This document shows, piece after piece, positions 28,626-38,127 of a stretch of DNA of 40,248 bases. How positions within the stretch are numbered: the first letter of the stretch is position 1; the number at the start of each line of letters is the position of its first letter. This DNA comes from Thermodesulfobacteriota bacterium (GTDB lineage Bacteria > Desulfobacterota > Desulfobulbia > Desulfobulbales > SURF-16), in NCBI GenBank assembly GCA_039715015.1, contig JBDLIE010000022.1, positions 1 through 40,248 on the forward strand, written 5' to 3'. The notes under the pieces were generated by a model. That model did not search any database. It was not told the DNA's origin and saw only the letters and a list, made by a program, of their open reading frames with translations. The position numbers and the translations under genes were made by a program.

Positions 28626-29522
28626 CTATTCTCCAATGACCTCGGCAACCCTTAGTTTTGCACTTCGTGACCGGGGATTGCGCGCCACCTCTTCTCTGCC
28701 TGCCACCACCGGTTTGCTGGTCAGGTTCTGCAACCTGGGATTATCTCTAAACGCCCTTTTCACCAACCTGTCTTCCAGGGAGTGAAAAGAGATCACACAA
28801 AAACGGCCGCCAGCCCTTAACATCTCTGCTCCGTCGTTAAGGACTGTAACCAAGTTATCCAATTCTCTATTGACGGCGATTCGTAATCCCTGAAAAACCT
28901 TGGTGGCCACATGTATCTTACGGGGATGGAAACGGCGGGGTATCGCTTTTTCCACCAGTTCGGCCAGCTCCTTGGTTGTGGCCAGGGGCTTTTTTATCCG
29001 CTGTTCGGCAATGGCCCTGGCTATGGGCCGCGCCTGCCTCTCCTCGCCGTAGAGGTAAAAAATATCTGCCAGTTCTTCTTCAGAGGCTGAGGCCAAAATT
29101 TCAGCTGCAGTGGTCTGCTGCCGGTTGTCCATTCGCATATCCAGGGGTTCTGTGTGTCTGAAGCTAAAGCCCCTGCCACTCTCATCAAGATGCAGTGAAG
29201 AGAGTCCTAAGTCGAGCAGCACCCCATCAACTTCATTGATATTGCGTTTTGCCAGCTCGTTTTTCAGGTTGGCAAAATTATTTCTGACAAAAACCACCTG
29301 ATCGCCGAAAGGGGCCAGGTTCTGCTGCGCCCTTTTCTGGGCCTCTTCGTCCCAATCAAAACCGATGAGACGACACTGGGGGCCGCCCTCTGCTAAGATC
29401 GCGCCGGCATGGCCTCCCAGCCCGAGGTTGCCATCCACATATACCCCACCTGCTTGGGGCTTAAGGTACCTGAGTACCTCTTCAAGTAAAACAGGGATGT
29501 GAAGTGGGTCATGGGCATACAT
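28626..29522 (-). CDS. rsmH: 16S rRNA C1402 N4-methyltransferase
   Basis: HIPVLL, LGLGGH, DLGLSS, RGFSF...LDMRMD, ISFHSLEDR, NPRSRSAKLR. Confidence 0.98.
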   Translation of the reverse strand: MYAHDPLHIPVLLEEVLRYLKPQAGGVYVDGNLGLGGHAGAILAEGGPQCRLIGFDWDEEAQKRAQQNLAPFGDQVVFVRNNFANLKNELAKRNINEVDGVLLDLGLSSLHLDESGRGFSFRHTEPLDMRMDNRQQTTAAEILASASEEELADIFYLYGEERQARPIARAIAEQRIKKPLATTKELAELVEKAIPRRFHPRKIHVATKVFQGLRIAVNRELDNLVTVLNDGAEMLRAGGRFCVISFHSLEDRLVKRAFRDNPRLQNLTSKPVVAGREEVARNPRSRSAKLRVAEVIGE

Positions 29523-29528
29523 ACACTT

Positions 29529-30008
29529 TTAGAAAAAGCCCAGATCACTGCACTCGCCGGCCAAATCATCAAACTCGTCATCGTTGACAACGTTTTCAGC
29601 CAGGTGAATTTGCTTATCCCAAACCTCTACAAAAGAAGTCATTCCCAACAGGACAACTTCCTTGTCGACATTACCCATGGTTCGTAAGGAGATGGGCAGT
29701 AAAATCCTGCCGTTTTTATCAAGCTGGACCTCAGCAGAATTACCAACAAGATGGCGAACAAGTTTGGCAGTCTTTACATTTTGTTGACCGCGGCTCAAGA
29801 TGGCATGTTCAATTCTGGCCCATTCGGCCAAAGGATAGAGACGAAGGCATTTACGCCAGGGGGTGATGAGCAGACGATCATCATATTTCCGAGACAACAC
29901 ATCCTTGAAGCGCGCAGGGATATTCAACCTGCCCTTGCTGTCAAGGCCATGCTCGGAGCTTCCGCGGAAGCTATTGATCTGCTCCAGAACACCTTCTGTC
30001 ACTTTCAA
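29529..30008 (-). CDS. mraZ: Division/cell-wall cluster transcriptional repressor MraZ
   Basis: Two DxxGR repeats (LDSKGRLNIP, LDKNGRILLP). Start uncertain (TTG 30008 or GTG 30002). Confidence 0.96.
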   Translation of the reverse strand: MKVTEGVLEQINSFRGSSEHGLDSKGRLNIPARFKDVLSRKYDDRLLITPWRKCLRLYPLAEWARIEHAILSRGQQNVKTAKLVRHLVGNSAEVQLDKNGRILLPISLRTMGNVDKEVVLLGMTSFVEVWDKQIHLAENVVNDDEFDDLAGECSDLGFF

Positions 30009-30018
30009 CCCCTTCTAG

Positions 30019-30053
30019 ACACTTTACACCACTTTACACCACATTACCTAACC
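30019..30053 (-). promoter_or_regulatory. MraZ operator: GTGG-type repeats with 10-bp period
   Basis: Minus strand ATGTGGTGTA-AAGTGGTGTA-AAGTGTCTAG just upstream of mraZ. MraZ is known to bind GTGG-N6-GTGG direct repeats. Confidence 0.8.
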
Positions 30054-30082
30054 TTATAGCCATCTTACCTTTCCAGAGTCAA
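30053..30082 (-). promoter_or_regulatory. Candidate dcw promoter
   Basis: TTGACT-N18-TATAAG with extended -10 TG, directly upstream of the MraZ repeats. Confidence 0.55.
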
Positions 30083-30445
30083 GAAAAAATCTGTAATCAT
30101 TTTAATGACTAAAAATGGTACCCCGGCACCAAGCACTACATATTGACAAACAAAAACCTTAAATATACTACAACATGTAATTTGTCCGCCTCACCCTTCT
30201 TTTCAGTCATCTTAAAAAAAATGCAAAAACAAAGTGGGTACAAAGTGGACGCAGCTAAACAGACAAGAAACAGGGCCAGTGAGCGGATACTTAAAAAGAA
30301 AGAATGTCCTTGCAGAAAAGGGCGCAGGAAATGGGGGGGGGCACAAAAGAGAGAGGAAGGGAGGCTACTGAGGCCAAAACTACATAGATGAACAGATCTC
30401 TTAGTGATGCGAGACCTGTACTGGATCAGGGCCTACTTTTTCAAA

Positions 30446-30921
30446 CTACCCGCTGGTAAGGTCAAGCTCCAGGGAACGGTGCTCTAAATACTTTGCCAGC
30501 AAAGGATCTGGGCCGTAAAAAGCCGCTGGCTGTTCTTAGGAACACAGGTCAGGGAAGAGTGCTGGGGAGTATAAACGCGGGGATGCCTGCGGCGCTGAAC
30601 CTCAAAAATTTCCTCTGGAAGAGAGGCCCTGGCAAATCTCTCCGATTGCCGCACTGCCTGCAGAGAAAAACCACGCATGAGACTCTGTTCGTTACGTTGA
30701 TAAAAGACACAGTAAGGCTCCCCTTCATCAAGCTGAAGAGTGGGAGGCTTGTCAAACTCAACAAAAAAATCGCATGCCTCTTCAAAAAGCCTCCGAATGG
30801 AAATGGCGCAGGCGGGATCTCCTGATCGTGCCAGGATAAGAGAAATCTCATCTTGGCCGAGTTTCTCAATTTCCTCAACAATTTCATCCTTATTCTTTGA
30901 CCAGTGCCTTTTCACGACCAC
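30446..30921 (-). pseudogene. YcgR-like PilZ-domain gene with internal deletion and frameshift
   Basis: The ORF reaches QRRRHPRV (RxxxR) but stops at FTAQIL-CWQSI* where DxSxxG is expected. A shifted frame continues LLAKYLEHRSLELDLTSG*, resembling the PilZ C-terminal helix. Confidence 0.65.
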
Positions 30922-30963
30922 TCCCCCAGGCGATAATCAAACAAAGATACCCGCCATTACAGA

Positions 30964-31647
30964 TCAGATAATCACCGTCCGCTTAATGTAGCGAATAATC
31001 TCTTCCGGCTCATCCAAAACCTGGAAGATGTGCAGATCGTCCTCCTCAATGGTCTGGGAGGCCAGCATTTGCTCCCGAATCCAATCCACCAGACCGGACC
31101 AATAGGAAGAGCCGACCAGGACAATGGGAAAACTCTTAATGCGCCTGGTCTGAATGAGGGTGATGGCCTCAAAGAGTTCATCCAGGGTGCCGAAACCGCC
31201 GGGCATGGCAATAAAGGCCATGGCATACTTAATCAGCATGACCTTGCGAACAAAAAAATACTTAAATTTCAAAGGCATATTGGCAAACGGGTTGCCCTCC
31301 TGCTCAAAGGGCAGGTCAATATTAAGGCCGATGGAAATACCGTCGGCATCAGCGGCACCGCGGTTACCAGCCTCCATGATACCGGGTCCACCGCCGGTCA
31401 TAATGGCATAGCCTGCTTCGGACAGTCCCTTACCCACAGCCCGGGCTATCTTATAATACTCATGGTTCTCGTCGAAACGGGCTGAACCAAAAATAGAAAC
31501 CGCCGGGTGTTTGACCACGGCCAGGGAGTCAAAGCCCTCGACAAACTCCGCCATAATCCTGAAGAGCCGCCAGGAGTCGCCGACATTAAACGTATCAAGC
31601 CAGTATTGCTGAGCATCATCAACCTTGCCACCATTATTCTTTACCAT
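30964..31647 (-). CDS. LOG-family (TIGR00730-type) nucleotide phosphoribohydrolase
   Basis: SIFGSAR, TGGGPGIMEAGNRGA, FFVRK, PGGFGTLDE. Confidence 0.93.
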   Translation of the reverse strand: MVKNNGGKVDDAQQYWLDTFNVGDSWRLFRIMAEFVEGFDSLAVVKHPAVSIFGSARFDENHEYYKIARAVGKGLSEAGYAIMTGGGPGIMEAGNRGAADADGISIGLNIDLPFEQEGNPFANMPLKFKYFFVRKVMLIKYAMAFIAMPGGFGTLDELFEAITLIQTRRIKSFPIVLVGSSYWSGLVDWIREQMLASQTIEEDDLHIFQVLDEPEEIIRYIKRTVII

Positions 31648-31731
31648 GAAACACCTTTTCTATTTGCAACCAGCAACGAAGCTCCCCGGCTTCCCATACA
31701 TAAAACTATGGTCTGCTCGTCAAAATTCCCT

Positions 31732-33864
31732 TTAACATTTTGCCAGCCTCTTTGCCGCCTGCTGGGCCGTTTTATTTGCAGCATCAAGGCGAAGTACTCT
31801 CTCGTAGGCCTTCAGGGCAGCGGCCCCCTTATGCTGAGCCTCAAGAACCTCGCCTTGCAGCAGAAAGACATCAGCCCTGTCCCGCTCCAACCGCATCGCC
31901 TCTTTTAAGGCTGCATGGGCTGCCACCACCTCACCATAAGCCAACTCGACCCGGGCCAGTCGTAGCCAGTGGCGCCAGACCTGATCATCAATCTCAAGCG
32001 CTTGCCGGCAGAAGGTGCGGGCTATATCACTGCCCTGCTCTTCCAAGCTGTACAATTCACCAAGGGCACTGAGGGAGGAGGCATCCTGCGAATTATGACG
32101 AATAGCCCGTTGGAGACTGGCCATGGCATCCTTGCGGCTCCCCAAGTGATAGTAGGCCTCCCCCAGATAGCGGTGCACCGCTCCATGGCTGACATCCCGC
32201 ACGTCGCTGGGGCCGATTTTCTCTGCCTTTTGCAAGGCCTGCACCGCATCCCCATAGCGCCCACTGCGGCAGTAGAGTTTGCCAAGCTGCAAAAGGAGAT
32301 CAAAATGGTCATCCTGACAGGAAAAGGCCTCCTCAAAACTCGAAAGGGCCTTATCCTCATGGCCCCGGGCAAGATGGGCAAATCCGAGATTACAGAGGGC
32401 CATAAAATTACCGCGATCAATGGCCAACACCTCTTCAAAGCAGGGAATTGCCTTTGTATAACGAGCCATCTGGGCCAGGGTAACACCGTAGGAGTTCAGC
32501 AGGTTGACGTTTTTAGGGTCCAGCTCCAGGCCTCTCTGGTACTCACGGGCCGCCTTCACCATATCCCCTTCGTTATAATAGATGTCGCCACTGATATTCA
32601 GACTTACACCGTCAAAGACGGTAAAGGTGCCCGGACCAAAAAAAGAGGTATGCAGCAGGGCCTTGCGGCTATTGGCGATCATTTCAGACCTCTTAAAATC
32701 AGCACAAGGAAAAAGCGCAATACCAAATGAATAGCTCGGACCTGCCTCAACAAGACCATTTTTCGCCTGCCGGCACCATTCCAGGCTGGCATCCTCGTCA
32801 AAGCCCGGGAGCAGGACATATCCCCGTCCCGGAGGAACATTGACAACCGTTCCCTTATCTCCTGCCATCTTCTTGACAACCTCCTCGGGGAAAAGCGCCC
32901 CTTGCCCGTCATCACTACGCATCTCCACGAGACAAAAGCTGGAGAGATTTTTCATCTCCCTGCCAAGACGGGAAACGACCTGTCGGGCCGGAGGATAAAG
33001 GGGGTGGGAGGCCCGGTTGGCAACGGTGCGAAAGGAACAGAGGCCAAAGGGCCCTCTTTTATAGGCAGTCTGCAGGGCCTGCCAGGCCTCTTCCAAAATT
33101 TCTTTAGAATCTTTCGGATCACCTTTGCATTCAGCAATACCGATGTGGGCCCTGGGCATATTTTCTCTTTTAAGCCATTGCAGGAGCTGGTCGGCCACCT
33201 TGAGGGCCTTGCCCTCATCCACACCTTCCCAAAGCAGGGAAAAGAGACCATTGCCAAGATGACAGGGAGGGGAAAGATGACCAATCAGAGAGTCCAGGTA
33301 GGCACCGGCCTTGCTCACCTCGGCCAGAGCATGACCGGCATCCTTGGCCTTGGGAAATATCTCCAACAGAAGCAGACAATGGGAAATATCAAGATGGCCT
33401 GGATTTACTCCTGCCTCATGGCCTTGCCAGAGTGCTGCCAGTCTGGCCTGCAGGACTTTTACATTACCCAAACCGGTATGGGGATCAATGGATCCCTGCT
33501 TGACAAATTCCAGCTCCCGGGAGATCAGCCTGCTCTTATCAAGCAGGGTGGATGCGGCCAGGTCCATAACCCACGGTTCCACGCCAGTGAGAACAGCCAC
33601 TCCACACAGGGCATCCTGGCTCCAGAGCGGCAGATAAATTGAGGCTTGACGGCCATTATCCTTCACGGGCTGGAGACCGTTGCGCACCACCTCGATCCCT
33701 ACCTTCCACTGCACAGGAAGGCCATCGCCACTGATCTCCGGCCCCACGAGATAGACCGCAGCACAGGGGCAAAAATCCTTAATCGTTTTGGCAAAAATGG
33801 GGGCCAACAAGTCCAGATCTTTATTTCCCAGAGGCATGTACTGAGGCAGAAAAGGAAAACTCAT
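31732..33864 (-). CDS. Protein with degenerate GGDEF-like domain(s) and a C-terminal TPR array
   Basis: DPHTGLGN, HLGNGLFSLL, HIGIA...EEAWQALQTAYKRG, then YSFGIALFP; about 8 TPRs from ~aa 420. ATGA overlap with selA. Confidence 0.75.
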   Translation of the reverse strand: MSFPFLPQYMPLGNKDLDLLAPIFAKTIKDFCPCAAVYLVGPEISGDGLPVQWKVGIEVVRNGLQPVKDNGRQASIYLPLWSQDALCGVAVLTGVEPWVMDLAASTLLDKSRLISRELEFVKQGSIDPHTGLGNVKVLQARLAALWQGHEAGVNPGHLDISHCLLLLEIFPKAKDAGHALAEVSKAGAYLDSLIGHLSPPCHLGNGLFSLLWEGVDEGKALKVADQLLQWLKRENMPRAHIGIAECKGDPKDSKEILEEAWQALQTAYKRGPFGLCSFRTVANRASHPLYPPARQVVSRLGREMKNLSSFCLVEMRSDDGQGALFPEEVVKKMAGDKGTVVNVPPGRGYVLLPGFDEDASLEWCRQAKNGLVEAGPSYSFGIALFPCADFKRSEMIANSRKALLHTSFFGPGTFTVFDGVSLNISGDIYYNEGDMVKAAREYQRGLELDPKNVNLLNSYGVTLAQMARYTKAIPCFEEVLAIDRGNFMALCNLGFAHLARGHEDKALSSFEEAFSCQDDHFDLLLQLGKLYCRSGRYGDAVQALQKAEKIGPSDVRDVSHGAVHRYLGEAYYHLGSRKDAMASLQRAIRHNSQDASSLSALGELYSLEEQGSDIARTFCRQALEIDDQVWRHWLRLARVELAYGEVVAAHAALKEAMRLERDRADVFLLQGEVLEAQHKGAAALKAYERVLRLDAANKTAQQAAKRLAKC

Positions 33865-35282
33865 GATTCATCCTTACAAACAGCGATGATGGCAGCGGCA
33901 AGCTCCGGCACCTCTTTGTCGGCCACGGTGCGCATATCCAGAATAAGCCTGTTGTCCTCAATGCGGCCAATCACGGGAATCGTTCCGGTCCGCAAACGCA
34001 CCTCAAGCTGGTTCAAACTGCAGGATGCCGGGCTCAGGGTAACGGCCCTGCTCCGTAAGCCTTGTTCGGGAAGGGCACCACCGCCGACCCGGGACTCGGT
34101 ATCAACGGAGGCAATTTCACAGGCCAGCTCTCCCTCCTTCTTGAGGCGGCGCACCAGGCGGGTGGCCCTGCTCTTAACAACATCATACTCCATACTCAGC
34201 ATGGCCAGGGTGGGGACCGTATCAGTCACACTCTGCTCATCAAGATAGAGGCGAAAAATGGCCTCAAGCCCAGCCAGGGTGAATTTATCAATGCGGAGGG
34301 CGCGGTTGAGGGGATTTTTCTTGATCCGGTCGATGATATCCTTGCGGCCGACAATGAGACCGGCCTGGGGGCCACCAAGGAGTTTGTCGCCGGAAAAGGT
34401 CACCACATCGACACCGCTCTTCACAACCTCCTGAACAGTGGGTTCCTTATCGAGGCCAAACTTAGAGAGATCGACAAAGGAGCCGCTGCCCAAATCCTCC
34501 ATCACGGCAATGCCCTCCTTGCGGCCCAGGGCCACCAGTTCATCCAGGGGCACCTCGGAGGTGAAGCCTATCATACGATAATTACTGGTATGGACCTTGA
34601 GGAGTAATGCCGTCTCTTCAGTGATTGCCTGCTGATAATCCCAAAGATGGGTGCGATTCGTAGCCCCTACTTCAACAAGCCGGGCACCACTTTTTTTCAT
34701 GACATCGGGAATTCGAAAAGAACCGCCAATCTCAACGAGCTGCCCCCGGGAGACAATGGCCTCCTGCCCCTTTGCCAAGGTATCTAAGGCCAGCAATACG
34801 GCGGCGGCGTTGTTATTGACAACCAGGCCGGCCTCAGCTCCGGTAAGTTCACAGAGGAGGTCCTCCACCAGGCTATAGCGACTCCCCCGCTTGCCAGTGG
34901 CCAGATCGAACTCCAGATTGGAATAGCGACCACCAGCCGCCAAAAGACCGGCCATGGCAGAATCAGGAAGAAGGGAACGGCCCATATTGGTATGGACCAC
35001 CACGCCGGTTGCATTAATGACTGTTCGAAAATTGGGTTCCATCAGGGCGGCGAGCCTTTTGTGAAAACGGGGGAGCAGGAGACTTTTACCCAGAGACTCA
35101 ACACTCTGCTCTTGGCCACCGAGGATAGCCTGCCGGACATCATCAAGAAGTTCGCGGACCGCTTTTTTCACCAGGCGCAAGGGTGCCTGGCCCTCATCGC
35201 TAATCCAACCGAGGAACTCATCAACCTTTGGTATTGCTTTTAAGAGCTGATGATCAGCGACTGGGGTCTTATCTTTTTTCAT
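33861..35282 (-). CDS. selA: L-seryl-tRNA(Sec) selenium transferase
   Basis: VINATGVVVHTNMGR, YSNLEFDL..GKRGSR, VVNNNAAA, SRGQLVEIGGSFRIP, EDLGSG, FSGDKLLGGPQAG (PLP lysine). Start set at ATG 35282 (GGGAG RBS). Confidence 0.98.
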   Translation of the reverse strand: MKKDKTPVADHQLLKAIPKVDEFLGWISDEGQAPLRLVKKAVRELLDDVRQAILGGQEQSVESLGKSLLLPRFHKRLAALMEPNFRTVINATGVVVHTNMGRSLLPDSAMAGLLAAGGRYSNLEFDLATGKRGSRYSLVEDLLCELTGAEAGLVVNNNAAAVLLALDTLAKGQEAIVSRGQLVEIGGSFRIPDVMKKSGARLVEVGATNRTHLWDYQQAITEETALLLKVHTSNYRMIGFTSEVPLDELVALGRKEGIAVMEDLGSGSFVDLSKFGLDKEPTVQEVVKSGVDVVTFSGDKLLGGPQAGLIVGRKDIIDRIKKNPLNRALRIDKFTLAGLEAIFRLYLDEQSVTDTVPTLAMLSMEYDVVKSRATRLVRRLKKEGELACEIASVDTESRVGGGALPEQGLRSRAVTLSPASCSLNQLEVRLRTGTIPVIGRIEDNRLILDMRTVADKEVPELAAAIIAVCKDES

Positions 35283-35454
35283 AAAAACTCCCTTTCTGGA
35301 GCGGATACTTTTCGAGGTTACCGCCCTGTTCATTGCGGAGATGGAGAGAAGAACAACACCAACACCACCGACTTACACCACAAAGCGGGGAAAACATAAA
35401 GTTTTTTTATCATTGTCGCCATCGAGCCTTCCCCATAACGACACCGGAGGGGCG

Positions 35455-38103
35455 CTATGGATTGACCTGCCGACGAGCCTGCCAAAAGCGAAAACCCAGC
35501 TGATAGGAAACGGCCATGAGATAAAAAAGCAAGCCGGCAACGGCCAGGTGGAGAAAATTTCCCGATACCAAGGGCACCACATCAAAATATTGGGCGAGAG
35601 GCGTATAGAGAATCAGGGCCTGCAGGGCAAGGGAAACTATTACCGACAGCCAGATGAAGGGATTGGAGAAAAAAGAGACCCCATAGCCCTGACGAATGGC
35701 AAAGACGAGAATCATCTCATAACAAACCACAAAATTAAAGACCATTGTCCGGGCCACAATAAGATGATCACCATCGCCAGCACCGCCATTGAGCACAAAG
35801 AGGGCAAGGGCGATACAGGTGCCAGCCACCCCCAGCACCAAGAGAAGCAGAAGCTTGTCCCCCGGCAGGATCCCTTCGCCCTTGGGTTTGGGAGGACGTC
35901 CCATTATCTGGTCGCCATAGCTGTCGACGCTGTAGGCCAGGGCTGGGGCGCCATCAGTCACCATATTGATCCACAGCAGCATGACGGCAGTCAACGGCAG
36001 GTTCATGCCCAGAATGACGGCCAGAAAGACGATGAGCACCTCTCCCAAATTACCAGAGAGCAACAGCATGATCGATTTCTGGATATTGTCGTAAATACCG
36101 CGCCCCTCTTCAATGGCGCCGACAATATGGGCAAAACTGTCATCGGTGAGAACAAAATCGGCCGCCTCTTTGGCAACATCGGTGCCACTGCCCACGGCAA
36201 TGCCGATATTGGCCTTCTTGAGGGCAGGGGCGTCATTAACTCCATCGCCGGTCATGGCCACGGTGTGATCCTGCTGCTGCAACATGGTAACAATGCGCTG
36301 CTTATGCTCCGGTACCACCCGGGCAAAAATATTGACGCCTCCATCCAGGGCAGCATCCAGCTCGCTGTCGCTGATACGGTCCATATCGGTACCGGTCAAC
36401 ACCCCGCCACTTATCCCCACCTCTTCTCCGATGGCCCGAGCCGTTTCCGGATAATCACCGGTGATCATGATCACCCGGACTCCCGCCTGTCTGCTTAACT
36501 CAAGGGCCTCATGCACTTCAGGGCGGGGTGGATCAATCATGGCCTGCAGACCGACAAAGACCAGATTTTCTTCGACAAAGTCCTGGCGCTGCTTCAGCTC
36601 TTTCCAGGCAAAGGCCAGAACACGCATGGCCTGGGAGGCGTACTGGTCGATACGACTACTGATCTGGCCCCGCAGTTTCTGATTAAGTTCGACAACCTCC
36701 TCCCCGACCAAGGCATGGCTGCAGGAATCAAGGAGGCCGTCGGCACCGCCCTTGCTGAACATCTCCTCGCCCTGCCCCCGGGCCACGAGGACGCTCATCC
36801 TCTTGCGGCCTGAGTCAAAAGGCAGCTCGGCAAGACGCTTGGCCTCCTCTTCAAAACCGCATTTTGCTGCCGACACAATAAGAGCTGCCTCAGTGGGATT
36901 ACCGGTGATCCGCCAACGCCCCTTTTCTTCAAAAAGAGTGGCGTTATTACAAAAAAAACCGCTTTGGATGACCAGAGGGACCTGATCAAGGTCTAAGGCC
37001 CCCTCCTCCGGATTATAGCCTCTCCCTTCCAGGTCATACTCACTGGCAAAGGTCCAGACCTTGCGCACCGTCATCTCATTCTTGGTGATGGTACCTGTCT
37101 TGTCGCTACAGATCACATCACAGCTGCCCAGGGTCTCCACCGCCGACAATTTTCGAACCAGAGCCTTTCTGGCCAACAGCCTTTTTACCCCGATACTGAG
37201 GGCAATGGTCACCACGGCAGGCAGGGCGGTGGGCACAGCAGCCACCGCCAGACTAATGGCGATAAAGGCAAAAGCGACAAAGAGCTCTTTACTCAGACCG
37301 TTACCGGCCATAAGCTCCTTGGCACAAGAGGCCAGGAGGACAAAGATACAGATAGCAATAATCACCCCGCCTAGACGGCGGCCAAAGGAGTTTAACCGTT
37401 TTTGCAGGGGGGTCAGCTCCTCCTCGGCCTCTTTAATCAGGCGGGTAATGATACCAATCTCGGTCTCCATGCCGGTTTTCACCACCACGGCTGTGGCATT
37501 ACCGGAAACTACGGCTGTGGAGGAAAAAACCATATTTCGCTGTTCAGCAATGGTGGCCTGGCCCGACATCGACATACTGGTCTTTTCCACAGGCAGACTT
37601 TCACCGGTAAGTGACGACTCTTCCACGGCAAAAACCGCATCGGTAAACAGCCGGCAATCAGCAGGCACCTTATCACCCGCGGCCAGACGGACAATATCGC
37701 CCGGGACCAGCTCAGCAGCCTCCACCTTGTGCCACCTGCCGTCACGATGCACCGTGGCCTGCACCGTGGTCATCTTTTTCAAAGCAGCCAGGGATTTGGC
37801 AGCGCTGAACTCCTGAAAAAAACCAATGGCGGCATTAACAGCAACGATAATTATAATGATGAGGGAATCGACATATTCACCAATGGCCACAGCAAAAACC
37901 ACGGCAAAAAGAAGGATGTAGATAATAAAGCTCTTAAACTGGTCAACAAGGATGCGCCAGGGATGGGTGCCGTCACTGCTGTCAATTTCATTACGGCCAT
38001 AGCGGGCCTGACGCTGCAGGGCTTCGCCCGAGTCCAGACCGGTGTCGCTTGTCTCCAGGGCCTTGAAGACCTGGTCAATTTCCTGACTTGTAAAATCGCT
38101 CAT
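35455..38103 (-). CDS. P2-type (SERCA-like) cation-transporting ATPase with atypical M4 motif
   Basis: LTGES, SDKTGT, KGG, MIDPPR, MITGD, TGDGVNDAPALK; M5 SGNLGE and M6 WINMVTD; M4 reads AVPTALP. Confidence 0.95.
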   Translation of the reverse strand: MSDFTSQEIDQVFKALETSDTGLDSGEALQRQARYGRNEIDSSDGTHPWRILVDQFKSFIIYILLFAVVFAVAIGEYVDSLIIIIIVAVNAAIGFFQEFSAAKSLAALKKMTTVQATVHRDGRWHKVEAAELVPGDIVRLAAGDKVPADCRLFTDAVFAVEESSLTGESLPVEKTSMSMSGQATIAEQRNMVFSSTAVVSGNATAVVVKTGMETEIGIITRLIKEAEEELTPLQKRLNSFGRRLGGVIIAICIFVLLASCAKELMAGNGLSKELFVAFAFIAISLAVAAVPTALPAVVTIALSIGVKRLLARKALVRKLSAVETLGSCDVICSDKTGTITKNEMTVRKVWTFASEYDLEGRGYNPEEGALDLDQVPLVIQSGFFCNNATLFEEKGRWRITGNPTEAALIVSAAKCGFEEEAKRLAELPFDSGRKRMSVLVARGQGEEMFSKGGADGLLDSCSHALVGEEVVELNQKLRGQISSRIDQYASQAMRVLAFAWKELKQRQDFVEENLVFVGLQAMIDPPRPEVHEALELSRQAGVRVIMITGDYPETARAIGEEVGISGGVLTGTDMDRISDSELDAALDGGVNIFARVVPEHKQRIVTMLQQQDHTVAMTGDGVNDAPALKKANIGIAVGSGTDVAKEAADFVLTDDSFAHIVGAIEEGRGIYDNIQKSIMLLLSGNLGEVLIVFLAVILGMNLPLTAVMLLWINMVTDGAPALAYSVDSYGDQIMGRPPKPKGEGILPGDKLLLLLVLGVAGTCIALALFVLNGGAGDGDHLIVARTMVFNFVVCYEMILVFAIRQGYGVSFFSNPFIWLSVIVSLALQALILYTPLAQYFDVVPLVSGNFLHLAVAGLLFYLMAVSYQLGFRFWQARRQVNP

Positions 38104-38127
38104 GGTATAGAACCTGGGCAGTGCGGA

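Noticed and set aside
30019..30053. Tandem 10-bp repeats as a CRISPR array or VNTR
   Set aside because: Too short, no spacers; explained as the MraZ operator.
30060..30480. RNase P RNA (rnpB), often found upstream of mraZ
   Set aside because: The GAGGAAAGTCC signature was not found on either strand.
35350..35385. ACACCA-rich short repeats upstream of selA resembling MraZ boxes
   Set aside because: Irregular spacing without a 10-bp period; probably low-complexity sequence.
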